Positions 52,734 through 61,102 of a stretch of 64,000 nucleotides of DNA are shown in pieces (position 1 is the first letter of the stretch; the number at the start of each line of letters is the position of its first letter). The notes beneath the pieces are model-generated. The model searched no databases, was not told where the DNA came from, and saw only the letters and a program-made list of their open reading frames with translations. The stretch is from Desulfobacteraceae bacterium (GTDB lineage Bacteria; Desulfobacterota; Desulfobacteria; Desulfobacterales; Desulfosarcinaceae), in the NCBI GenBank assembly GCA_027068085.1, contig JAMOUQ010000022.1, forward strand, positions 23,907-87,906. Reading direction: 5' to 3'. The position numbers were made by a program, and so were the translations under genes.

Positions 52734-53406
52734 AGCCGGTCAGCATTGGCTCACTACCTTCAACGACATGATTACTTTGCTTATGGTTTTTTTCGTTCTG
52801 CTTTTCACCATGGGAACCCTCGATGTAAAGCGGGTAAAGCATTTTCAGAACGCACTCCAGAGTGCCATAGGGGTGTTGAATCAGGGAGAGCGCGCGGGCG
52901 TGGGAGTGATTCAGGCACTTGAATGGAACGATGAAGATATCCGGCGCGCAGAGCAACTTGCTCGTGCACGCCGCAGGGAGAAACTTGCCCAATACTACCA
53001 GATGTTGAAGGCCGGTCTGGGAGACAAGGCGAAGCTGACCCAAAAGGGTATCAGGATCACCCTCGAGGACGAATTACTGTTTCCGGCGGCAAGCGCCAGC
53101 CTGACTCCGGCGGGCAGGAAGCTGCTGGATAAAATATGCACGATGCTGAAGCAGACCAATCTGTACATCAGAGTTGAAGGTCACACGGACAACCTGCCGA
53201 TTGCAACCAGGCAGTTCCCTTCAAACTGGGAACTGTCGACGGCAAGAGCGGTGAATGTGGTCAAGTACCTGATGAGAAAAGGAATCGATCCAAAGAGATT
53301 GTCGGCAGCCGGTTACGGTGACGTCAAACCGGTGGCGTCTAACTCTACCCGGGCCGGTCGCGCCAGGAACAGGAGAGTAGAGCTGGTGCTTAGTCCGACC
53401 CTTTGA
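52699..53406 (+). CDS. motB: flagellar stator protein MotB (canonical, Asp present)
   Basis: ATG at 52699 lies 6 nt after AGGAG. HWLTTFNDMITLLMVFFVLLF carries the conserved Asp (D23). OmpA motif VEGHTDN...NWELSTARA...NRRVEL. Confidence 0.85.
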   Translation: MRKRRAQTERPEAGQHWLTTFNDMITLLMVFFVLLFTMGTLDVKRVKHFQNALQSAIGVLNQGERAGVGVIQALEWNDEDIRRAEQLARARRREKLAQYYQMLKAGLGDKAKLTQKGIRITLEDELLFPAASASLTPAGRKLLDKICTMLKQTNLYIRVEGHTDNLPIATRQFPSNWELSTARAVNVVKYLMRKGIDPKRLSAAGYGDVKPVASNSTRAGRARNRRVELVLSPTL

Positions 53407-53446
53407 GGTTTACGAGCCTGAAAATACAAAAGCGGGAGGCTTGAAT

Positions 53447-53914
53447 ATGTCTAGCAAAATGTTGATCATCATTCTGGCGGTGGTTGTACTGCTCATGGCC
53501 ATGATGGGTGCCGGCTTTTTCCTTATGTGGAACAAGATGTCGGCTGCCGTGGCGCAGGTTCAGACAGCGGGAGAACCGGCAGAAGAAGAAAATGCCGTGG
53601 AAGAAGATGCTTTCGGTCCCCTTTTCAAACTGGATACCATGATAGTCAACCTGGCCGACAAAGGCGGAAAGCGTTATCTGCGGGTGACCATGGAACTCGA
53701 ATTGTCTTCGCAGGAAACCGCGGCCGAGATCGAAAAAAGAATGCCGATGATCCGCGACAGTATCTTGATGATCCTGCCCTCAAAGACCTATGCCGAAATC
53801 AGCACGACCGAGGGCAAGATAGCGCTCCGCAACCAGATCATGACAAAAATCAATGAGCTGTTGCACGCAGGCAGCGTGAAAAATATCTACTTTACCGAGT
53901 TTGTGGTTCAGTAG
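53447..53914 (+). CDS. fliL: flagellar basal body-associated protein FliL
   Basis: Single N-terminal TM, then LFKLDTMIVNLADKGGKRYLRVTMELELSS...MPMIRDSIL. GGGAGG precedes the ATG at 53447. Confidence 0.85.
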   Translation: MSSKMLIIILAVVVLLMAMMGAGFFLMWNKMSAAVAQVQTAGEPAEEENAVEEDAFGPLFKLDTMIVNLADKGGKRYLRVTMELELSSQETAAEIEKRMPMIRDSILMILPSKTYAEISTTEGKIALRNQIMTKINELLHAGSVKNIYFTEFVVQ

Positions 53915-53926
53915 CCCGGATGTGAT

Positions 53927-54910
53927 ATGGCTGAGCAGATTCTATCACAGGAAGAGATCGATGCCCTGCTCAACGCGATGGACAGCGGCGAGGTCGATCT
54001 CGATAAAGAGAACGATGAAAAAGACGGGTACGAGGTCAAGGCATATGACCTGACAGCTCAGGCCCTGACTCTCAGGGACCAGTTCGATGCCCTGGATGAA
54101 GTCTACGACAAATTCGTGAACATTCTCAATTCGTCCCTGTCTTCTTCCCTGCAGCGCACCATCGGCGTCAAACTTGCCTCCAAGGAAATTGTGAAGTTTG
54201 GCGAATTTCTGCAGGCCTTTGCCAACCCGACAGGATTTGCCATCTATTCCATGGAACCGCTGATAGGCTCGGCAATGATGGCTCTGGAACCCAAACTAGG
54301 TTTTTCGCTGATAGACTGCATGTTCGGCGGAGACGGAAAACCGCTGTCAAAGATACGAGAATTTACGGAAATCGAAAAGCACATGCTGGCAAAGATCTAC
54401 CAGACCGTGCTTCACGATCTCGAGCTGGCCTGGAAGGTTGCCTACTCGGTCAATATAACCGTCAAGAAGACCGAGACCAAGCCTGAATTCGTCAACCTGG
54501 TCGGTCCCAGCGATCTTGTGCTGACGTTTGTTTTCGAAATAAGCGGAGAGCAGTTCAGCGGCAATATTCACATTTGCACCCCCTACCTGATGCTCGAACC
54601 AATCAAGGACAAGCTTTCTTCCCGTTATCTGAGGGAAAAGGACCGCGCCCATGTCTTCCGCAACCAGCTGACCAAGCTGCTGAAAGATACCAGCCTCAAC
54701 CTGGTGGCCGAGCTTGGCAAGACCACCTGTTCGATAAGGGATATCCTCGAGCTTGAAGTCGGGGATGTGATCAGGCTGTCGAGCGGTCCCAAGGAACCGG
54801 TGGTCATCAACGTGGAGAAAGTTCCAAAGTATACCGGCATGCCGGGAGTCGTCAATGGCAGCAGAGCGGTGAAGATAACGGGGCTTATCCACAACAATGA
54901 CGGAGAATAG
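53927..54910 (+). CDS. fliM: flagellar motor switch protein FliM
   Basis: 327 aa; N-terminal LSQEEIDALL motif, middle CheC-like domain and C-terminal SpoA-like domain. Confidence 0.92.
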   Translation: MAEQILSQEEIDALLNAMDSGEVDLDKENDEKDGYEVKAYDLTAQALTLRDQFDALDEVYDKFVNILNSSLSSSLQRTIGVKLASKEIVKFGEFLQAFANPTGFAIYSMEPLIGSAMMALEPKLGFSLIDCMFGGDGKPLSKIREFTEIEKHMLAKIYQTVLHDLELAWKVAYSVNITVKKTETKPEFVNLVGPSDLVLTFVFEISGEQFSGNIHICTPYLMLEPIKDKLSSRYLREKDRAHVFRNQLTKLLKDTSLNLVAELGKTTCSIRDILELEVGDVIRLSSGPKEPVVINVEKVPKYTGMPGVVNGSRAVKITGLIHNNDGE

Positions 54911-54912
54911 TT

Positions 54913-55317
54913 ATGGCGACAGAAGAAAAGACTGACGCAATCACAGACGAGGACGGGCGGCCGGAGGAACCTTCGCAACAGCCGGAAGAAGGTCAGGATA
55001 CGGTGGAAGACGGCTTTTCCTTCAATAACCTGGAAGGAAAAGACGAAGGCCGGGCCGAAAGGGATCTGGATTTCATTCTGGACATACCCCTGGAAATTAC
55101 GGTGGAACTTGGCAGGACCAAGATGCTGATCAATGATCTGCTGAAACTCGGCCAGGGTTCGATCATAGAGCTTCCCAAACCGGCCGGCGAGACCCTTGAG
55201 ATACTTGCCAACAACCGCCTCATAGCCAAGGGCGACGTGGTTGTGGTGAACGAAAAATATGGAATCCGCCTGACCGAAGTCATAAGCACGGTCAAACGTC
55301 TGGAGCAACTGAAATGA
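54913..55317 (+). CDS. fliN: flagellar motor switch protein FliN
   Basis: 134 aa; LDIPLEITVELGRTKMLINDLLKLGQGSIIELPKPAGETLEILANNRLIAKGDVVVVNEKYGIRLTEV (SpoA domain). Confidence 0.92.
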   Translation: MATEEKTDAITDEDGRPEEPSQQPEEGQDTVEDGFSFNNLEGKDEGRAERDLDFILDIPLEITVELGRTKMLINDLLKLGQGSIIELPKPAGETLEILANNRLIAKGDVVVVNEKYGIRLTEVISTVKRLEQLK

Positions 55318-55718
55318 ATCCGGTACCCGATCTGTCTTTTTCGGTTATCAAAATCTTTGCCGCCATGGCATTGGTGATAGGGCTCCTGCTGCTGGTCAAC
55401 TGGTTGAAGACAGGGAAAATAGGCCGCCGGCCCGCTTCAGGTATCGAGCTGGAAATGCTTGGCGCAATCACCCTGGGCATGAAGAAATCGATCGCGCTGG
55501 TCAAGGTCGCCGACCGGATTCTGGTTGTCGGAATCGGGCAAGAAAGAATCCAGCTGCTGGATAAAATAGAAGATGCAGAGAAGATCGCCGGGCTCGAAAA
55601 TCAGGACTCGACTCAGGCAGGCGGCTTCGGCAGGCAGCTGAAAAGATTATTGAGGCAAAACAGCAGGCCGGCCGTAAGTGAAGATTCCGGCCGCCGGGAT
55701 GACTTGCAGGTGGGATGA
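55314..55718 (+). CDS. fliO: flagellar biosynthesis protein FliO
   Basis: 134 aa; one TM, then GAITLGMKKSIALVKVADRILVVGIGQERIQLL. ATGA overlap with fliN; precedes fliP. Confidence 0.8.
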   Translation: MNPVPDLSFSVIKIFAAMALVIGLLLLVNWLKTGKIGRRPASGIELEMLGAITLGMKKSIALVKVADRILVVGIGQERIQLLDKIEDAEKIAGLENQDSTQAGGFGRQLKRLLRQNSRPAVSEDSGRRDDLQVG

Positions 55719-56491
55719 TGAAGTTACTTAAGCCATCTGTAGTGGTCATTGGCCTGACATTTGCGGTTCTTGCCGGTGCGGTAACGGCACATGCCCAGGG
55801 ACAGGCCGTTGATCGGCCGGCTTTCATAAACATCGACCTGCAAAAAGGCGATGACCCGGGGCAGGTCAGCGTGGTGATGCAGATCTTTCTGCTGCTGACG
55901 GTTCTGTCGCTTGCGCCGGCAATCCTGATAATGCTGACTTCTTTTACCAGGATAACCATCGTTCTGTCGCTTTTGCGCCAGGCCCTCGGTTCCCACCAGC
56001 TGCCGCCCAATCAGATCATAATCGGCCTGTCACTGTTTCTGACGTTTTTTGTCATGGCCCCGGTGTGGCAGAAGGCAAACCAGCAGGCCCTTCAGCCTTA
56101 TCTGGAACGCCGGATAAGCTCGTCCGAGGCTTTCAGGGCGGCCATGGAGCCGGTGCGCAAGTTCATGATCGGCCAGACCAGGGAAAAGGACCTGGCCCTG
56201 ATGATCGAGGTGGCCAAATTGAAGCGTCCGCCAAACATTGATGCGGTTCCCAACCACATACTGATCCCGGCCTTTGTGATCAGCGAATTGAAGACGGCTT
56301 TTCAAATCGGCTTTTTACTCTACCTGCCGTTTTTGATCATCGACATGGTGGTGGCCAGTGTCTTGTTGTCCATGGGGATGATGATGCTGCCGCCGGTGAT
56401 GGTTTCTCTGCCATTCAAACTGATGATATTCGTTTTGGCAGACGGCTGGTACCTGATTGTCGGTTCTCTGGTCAAGGGATTCACAGCCTGA
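55715..56491 (+). CDS. fliP: flagellar export apparatus protein FliP
   Basis: 258 aa; signal-like N-terminus; ILIMLTSFTRITIVLSLLRQALG and FVISELKTAFQIGFLLYLPFLIIDMVVASVLLSMGMMMLPP. Confidence 0.95.
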   Translation: MMKLLKPSVVVIGLTFAVLAGAVTAHAQGQAVDRPAFINIDLQKGDDPGQVSVVMQIFLLLTVLSLAPAILIMLTSFTRITIVLSLLRQALGSHQLPPNQIIIGLSLFLTFFVMAPVWQKANQQALQPYLERRISSSEAFRAAMEPVRKFMIGQTREKDLALMIEVAKLKRPPNIDAVPNHILIPAFVISELKTAFQIGFLLYLPFLIIDMVVASVLLSMGMMMLPPVMVSLPFKLMIFVLADGWYLIVGSLVKGFTA

Positions 56492-56505
56492 AAGCAGGAG
56501 GTGTC

Positions 56506-56775
56506 ATGACGCCCGAATTTGTAATCGGAATTTTCCTGGAAGCCATCAAAACCACCATCTTTCTGGCCGGACCGATTCTGGCCGTGGGATTGGTGGTAGG
56601 CATTTTGGTAAGTCTTTTTCAGGCAGCCACCCAGATAAATGAAATGACCCTGGTGTTTGTGCCCAAGATGCTGGCCGTGGCCGTGGCGGTACTGGTTTTT
56701 TTCCCCTGGATGCTGAAACTGATCACAGCATTTACCGAAAAACTTTTCATCAACATGACGCTTTACGTCCATTGA
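56506..56775 (+). CDS. fliQ: flagellar export apparatus protein FliQ
   Basis: 89 aa; two TM segments; LAGPILAVGLVVGILVSLFQAATQINEMTLVFVPK. Confidence 0.93.
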   Translation: MTPEFVIGIFLEAIKTTIFLAGPILAVGLVVGILVSLFQAATQINEMTLVFVPKMLAVAVAVLVFFPWMLKLITAFTEKLFINMTLYVH

Positions 56776-56862
56776 ACCTGAATTGAGCGTTTCGCATCTT
56801 AAGGCGCCACCGAAAAGCGCTCTGCCCGGGTTGAAAACAGGACGGGACGAAAGGGAAAGAAG

Positions 56863-57639
56863 ATGGTATCGCTGAGCATCCCTTTGCAGGACCTGCAGGC
56901 CTTCATGCTGGTGCTGGCCCGGGTGGCCGCGATTCTGTTTGCCATTCCTTTTCTGGATTCCCGCAGCGTGCCGGCTGTTTTCAAGGCCGGGTTGGCGGTG
57001 GCCGCCAGCATCATGGTATTGGGCCAGGCCCGGGTGGAGTTGAATTCTTTTCCGGATTCTGTCCTGGGCGTTTTCCTGGCCGTGGCCGCAGAAGTGGTGT
57101 TCGGCCTGGCCATCGGATTCATGGTAAAGCTTATTTTCGCCGGTTTTCAGCTGGCCGGCCAGCTGGCCGGTTTTCAGATGGGATTTGCCATCGCCAATGT
57201 GGTCGATCCAGCCTCCAGCCTTCAGATTCCGATCCTGGCCCAGTTCATCAATCTTTTCGCGATGCTGATATTCCTGGCAACCAACATGCATTACTGGTTT
57301 TTTAAAGCCCTGGTGGACAGTTTCCGGATCGTTGCCCCCATGCAGCTCGAATTTCAGCAGGGCCTGGTGCAACCCATTCTGAGGGCCGCAGCCGGAATGT
57401 TCATCATTGCCCTTAAAGTCGGCGCCCCGGTCATCGTCGCCCTGATCCTGACCCACGTGGCGCTGGGCCTGATGGCGCGCACGGTGCCCCAGATGCAGGT
57501 GTTCATAGTGGCCATGCCCCTGCAGATCGTCGTCGGAATCGTATTTTTGGGATTGAGCCTGCCTTTCTGGGCCGCTTACATGAAGGACCTGTTCAGCCAG
57601 ATTGGCCAAACCATGTTGCAGATGTTGAGGTTGTTTTGA
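56863..57639 (+). CDS. fliR: flagellar export apparatus protein FliR
   Basis: 258-aa polytopic membrane protein (FMLVLARVAAILFAIPF..., GFQMGFAIANVVDP) between fliQ and flhB. Confidence 0.92.
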   Translation: MVSLSIPLQDLQAFMLVLARVAAILFAIPFLDSRSVPAVFKAGLAVAASIMVLGQARVELNSFPDSVLGVFLAVAAEVVFGLAIGFMVKLIFAGFQLAGQLAGFQMGFAIANVVDPASSLQIPILAQFINLFAMLIFLATNMHYWFFKALVDSFRIVAPMQLEFQQGLVQPILRAAAGMFIIALKVGAPVIVALILTHVALGLMARTVPQMQVFIVAMPLQIVVGIVFLGLSLPFWAAYMKDLFSQIGQTMLQMLRLF

Positions 57640-57724
57640 AATCGTTTTCCATGCCGGCTGATAAAATCCCCACCGGGTTGGGTAACCGGCTTTTCAGAGA
57701 CGGTTGCTGTTAGAGGCTTGAAAG

Positions 57725-58807
57725 ATGGCGGCGGGCTACGATCAGGACAAAACCGAACCGGCGACACCGAAAAAGCGGCAGGATGCCCGCGAAAAAGGCC
57801 AGGTGGCCCTTACCCGCGAAATTCCCACCGTCATGATACTGTTCAGCGGGGTAATCTTCTTCATGTGGGCCGGAAACTGGTTTTTCAACAGCCTGGTGCT
57901 CTTTACCCGCCACGTCTTTCATTCCATGGGCAGCATGCAGCTGACTTGCCCGAACGCAGCGGCGTTCCTGTGGGATGTGTTTTACAGGATCGTGCCGCTC
58001 GTTCTGCCTCTGATGCTGGCGGTTGCCGTCGCCGGTGTGATCGGCCATGTGGTGCAGATCGGTTTTCTGCTCACGGGCGAGCCCCTCACCCCCAAGTTTG
58101 ACAAATTGAATCCCCTCAATGGTATCAAGCGTCTTTTCTCGATCAGGTCCCTGGCGGAGCTGGTTAAATCGGTCCTCAAGGTCGTTATCGTAGGCGTGGC
58201 CGGGGGGCTTGCGTTACGCCGTTTAATCGGCCAGGTGCCGGCCCTGGTCATGCTGGATGCGGGCGCCCTGCCGGGATTCATCGGCCACGGCGCCTTCCTG
58301 ATCTGCCTTTACACGGGCCTGGTCCTGATCGTGCTGGCGGCGGGAGACTACGTTTTTCAGCGCTGGCAGCATGAGCGCGATCTGCGGATGACAAAGCAGG
58401 AAGTAAAGGACGAGTACAAACAAAGGGAAGGTGATCCGACCGTCAAGTCACGCATCCGTTCGGCCCAGCGGGAAATGGCCATGCGCAGGATGATGGCCGC
58501 CGCTGCCGAGGCCACCGTGGTCATCACCAACCCCACCCGCCTGGCCGTGGCCCTGAAGTACGACAATCAGCTGCCGGCCCCCCGGGTGGTGGCCAAGGGA
58601 GCCGGTCCGGTGGCCGAACGGATAAAGGCCGTGGCCCGGCAAAACGATGTGCCCGTGGTAGAGCAAAAACCCCTGGCGCGGACCCTTTTCGCCATGGTCG
58701 ATATCGATCAATACATACCGGCCGAACTATACCGGGCCGTGGCGGAAGTACTGGCCTATGTCTACCGGCTCAGGCAGGCTGCGTCTCCGGGCACGGCGGA
58801 TATTTGA
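57725..58807 (+). CDS. flhB: flagellar export switch protein FlhB
   Basis: 360 aa; KTEPATPKKRQDAREKGQVA N-terminus. C-terminal domain has NPTR (58529-58540) at the N269-P270-T271-H272 autocleavage position. Confidence 0.93.
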   Translation: MAAGYDQDKTEPATPKKRQDAREKGQVALTREIPTVMILFSGVIFFMWAGNWFFNSLVLFTRHVFHSMGSMQLTCPNAAAFLWDVFYRIVPLVLPLMLAVAVAGVIGHVVQIGFLLTGEPLTPKFDKLNPLNGIKRLFSIRSLAELVKSVLKVVIVGVAGGLALRRLIGQVPALVMLDAGALPGFIGHGAFLICLYTGLVLIVLAAGDYVFQRWQHERDLRMTKQEVKDEYKQREGDPTVKSRIRSAQREMAMRRMMAAAAEATVVITNPTRLAVALKYDNQLPAPRVVAKGAGPVAERIKAVARQNDVPVVEQKPLARTLFAMVDIDQYIPAELYRAVAEVLAYVYRLRQAASPGTADI

Positions 58808-58937
58808 CGCCGGTGACAAAAAAATCCTCCACCGGCAGGAGGCGGGAGCTTTGCCCCGCCGCCGTGAAAAGACGGAATAATCGTGGGTTCAAAGGGTTAG
58901 GCCGGAAAAAATCTGCCGGTCTGCCAAATCAGGTTCC

Positions 58938-58953
58938 AGGCATGGAATGTGCA
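58938..58953 (+). promoter_or_regulatory. possible sigma54 promoter of flhA-flhF-flhG-fliA
   Basis: AGGCATGGAATGTGCA has correct GG-N10-GC spacing but a weaker match (GGCATG / TGCA). It lies 47 nt upstream of the flhA ATG. Confidence 0.45.
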
Positions 58954-58999
58954 GAACCAATGGCTGCGAGATAACAAAGAACCATACGGCAGGAAGACC

Positions 59000-61102
59000 A
59001 TGGAGATAGCGCAGGCAAAAATCGGAGCGGGAAGACTTTCGCTGATTCTGGACAACACCGACATCTTCATGGGATTCGCAGCCATGTGCATCCTGATGGT
59101 GATGGTGATTCCCATCCCGCCGACTTTGCTGGACCTTTTTCTTACCTTCAATATTACTTTCGCCCTGGTCATTCTTCTGGTGGGCATGTACGTGATGAAT
59201 CCGCTGGAATTTTCGTCTTTTCCCTCGATTCTGCTGCTGGCCACCCTTTTCCGTCTTTCCCTAAACGTGGCTTCGACCAGGATGATCCTTTTGCACGGCA
59301 GCGAAGGCACCCAGGCGGCGGGGAAAGTGATCAAGGCCTTTGGAAACTTCGTGGTCGGCGGAAACTATGTCGTCGGGGTGATCGTCTTCCTTATCCTGGT
59401 GGTGGTCAACTTCGTGGTCATCACCAAAGGGGCCGGAAGGATCGCCGAGGTCGCCGCCCGTTTCACCCTGGACGCCATGCCGGGCAAACAGATGAGCATA
59501 GACGCAGATCTGAATGCCGGCCTGATCGATGAAAGCGAGGCCCGCCGCAGAAGAGAACAGATAGCGCGCGAATCGGAATATTACGGAGCCATGGACGGGG
59601 CCAACAAGTTCGTCCGGGGCGATGCCATAGCCGGTATAATCATCACTCTCATCAACATCGTGGCCGGCTTTGCCATCGGTGTTCTGCAAAACGGGATGTC
59701 CTTCGGCCAGGCGGCCCAGACCTACACCCTGCTCACCGTCGGAGACGGTCTCGTAAGCCAGGTGCCGGCTCTGATAATTTCCACGGCGGCCGGTATCGTG
59801 GTCAGCCGGGCAGGCTCCGACAGCGGCATGGGCCGGGAGATCGCTTCCCAGCTGTTTTTCCAGCCCCGGGCAGTTGCCGTGGCGTCGGTTATTCTTTTCG
59901 GGTTCGGGCTTATTCCGGGCCTGCCGGCCTTTCCCTTTTTCATGCTTTCGGGCATCAGCGGACTGGTCGCCTATCTGGTTTTTCAAACCAAACAAAGCGA
60001 TGGGCAGGCCGAGACAGAAGAAGCCGCCGGGGAACAGGAAGACGAAGGCGAGCTTGGTTTTCAGCCCCTGCCGCCGCTTGACATCCTGGGACTCGAAGTG
60101 GGCTACGGCCTGATCCCGTTGGTGGACGTTGAACAGGACGGCCAGCTGCTGGAGCGGATCAAGTCCATCCGCCGCCAGATAGCCCAGGAAGTGGGCATAG
60201 TCGTACCTTCCATCCACATCCAGGACAACATGCAGCTAAAGCCCGGTCAGTACTGCATCAAGCTCAGGGGCGTGGAGGTGGCCTCCGGGGAACTGATGAT
60301 AAACTACTACCTGGCCATGAGCCCTGACCCCGGAATCGAGCCCCTGGACGGCATAGCAACCAAGGAGCCGACATACGGGCTGGATGCCTACTGGATCAAA
60401 GAAGCCGAGCGGGAAAAGGCGATGGCCAAAGGTTACACGGTGGTGGACCTGGCCACGGTTCTGACAACCCATTTGTCGGAGGTGATCCGGCGCCATGCCC
60501 ATGAATTGCTGGGACGGCAGGAGGTCCAGCAGCTGATCGACACCGTCAAGGAAACCCATCCCAAGGTCGTTGAAGAACTGGTTCCCAACCAGCTCAGCCT
60601 CGGGGCCGTGGTGAAGGTGTTGCAGAACCTGCTCAAAGAACAGGTGCCCATCAGGGATCTGCTGACCATCCTGGAGGCCCTGGCCGACTGGGCGCCGGCG
60701 GTCAAGCAGGTGGACGAGCTGACCGAATATGTCCGCCAGTCCCTTGCCAGGACCATAACCCGCCAGTACCAGGGACCTGACGGTACGCTGGAGGTTATAA
60801 CCCTGGATCATGGCCTGGAAAAGCAGCTTGCCGATGCCGTTCAGCACACCGAGCAGGGCAGTTTCATGTCCATCGATCCGCAGACAGCCCAGAGGATCAT
60901 GAATGTGCTGGCGCTCAGGCTTGAGGCTTTCGCCGGGAAAGGGGTCCAGCCGGTTGTTCTGTGTTCGGCCCAGATCCGGCCGCATTTCAAGAAGATGATC
61001 GACCGGTTCATCCCCAACCTTACGATTCTGTCATACGAGGAGATCGAGCCTCAGGTAAAAATTCATTCAGTGGGCGTCGTGGAGCTGACAGATGCAGATT
61101 AA
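59000..61102 (+). CDS. flhA: flagellar export gate protein FlhA
   Basis: About 700 aa from the ATG at 59000. FVVITKGAGRIAEVAARFTLDAMPGKQMSIDADLNAGLIDE and a conserved cytoplasmic domain. Confidence 0.95.
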   Translation: MEIAQAKIGAGRLSLILDNTDIFMGFAAMCILMVMVIPIPPTLLDLFLTFNITFALVILLVGMYVMNPLEFSSFPSILLLATLFRLSLNVASTRMILLHGSEGTQAAGKVIKAFGNFVVGGNYVVGVIVFLILVVVNFVVITKGAGRIAEVAARFTLDAMPGKQMSIDADLNAGLIDESEARRRREQIARESEYYGAMDGANKFVRGDAIAGIIITLINIVAGFAIGVLQNGMSFGQAAQTYTLLTVGDGLVSQVPALIISTAAGIVVSRAGSDSGMGREIASQLFFQPRAVAVASVILFGFGLIPGLPAFPFFMLSGISGLVAYLVFQTKQSDGQAETEEAAGEQEDEGELGFQPLPPLDILGLEVGYGLIPLVDVEQDGQLLERIKSIRRQIAQEVGIVVPSIHIQDNMQLKPGQYCIKLRGVEVASGELMINYYLAMSPDPGIEPLDGIATKEPTYGLDAYWIKEAEREKAMAKGYTVVDLATVLTTHLSEVIRRHAHELLGRQEVQQLIDTVKETHPKVVEELVPNQLSLGAVVKVLQNLLKEQVPIRDLLTILEALADWAPAVKQVDELTEYVRQSLARTITRQYQGPDGTLEVITLDHGLEKQLADAVQHTEQGSFMSIDPQTAQRIMNVLALRLEAFAGKGVQPVVLCSAQIRPHFKKMIDRFIPNLTILSYEEIEPQVKIHSVGVVELTDAD

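Noticed and set aside
57650-57680. GGCTGATAA upstream of flhB as a sigma28 -10 element
   Set aside because: It matches the -10 at 7/8, but the -35 position reads TGAAATCG rather than TAAAGTTT. flhB is 85 nt behind fliR and is probably co-transcribed.
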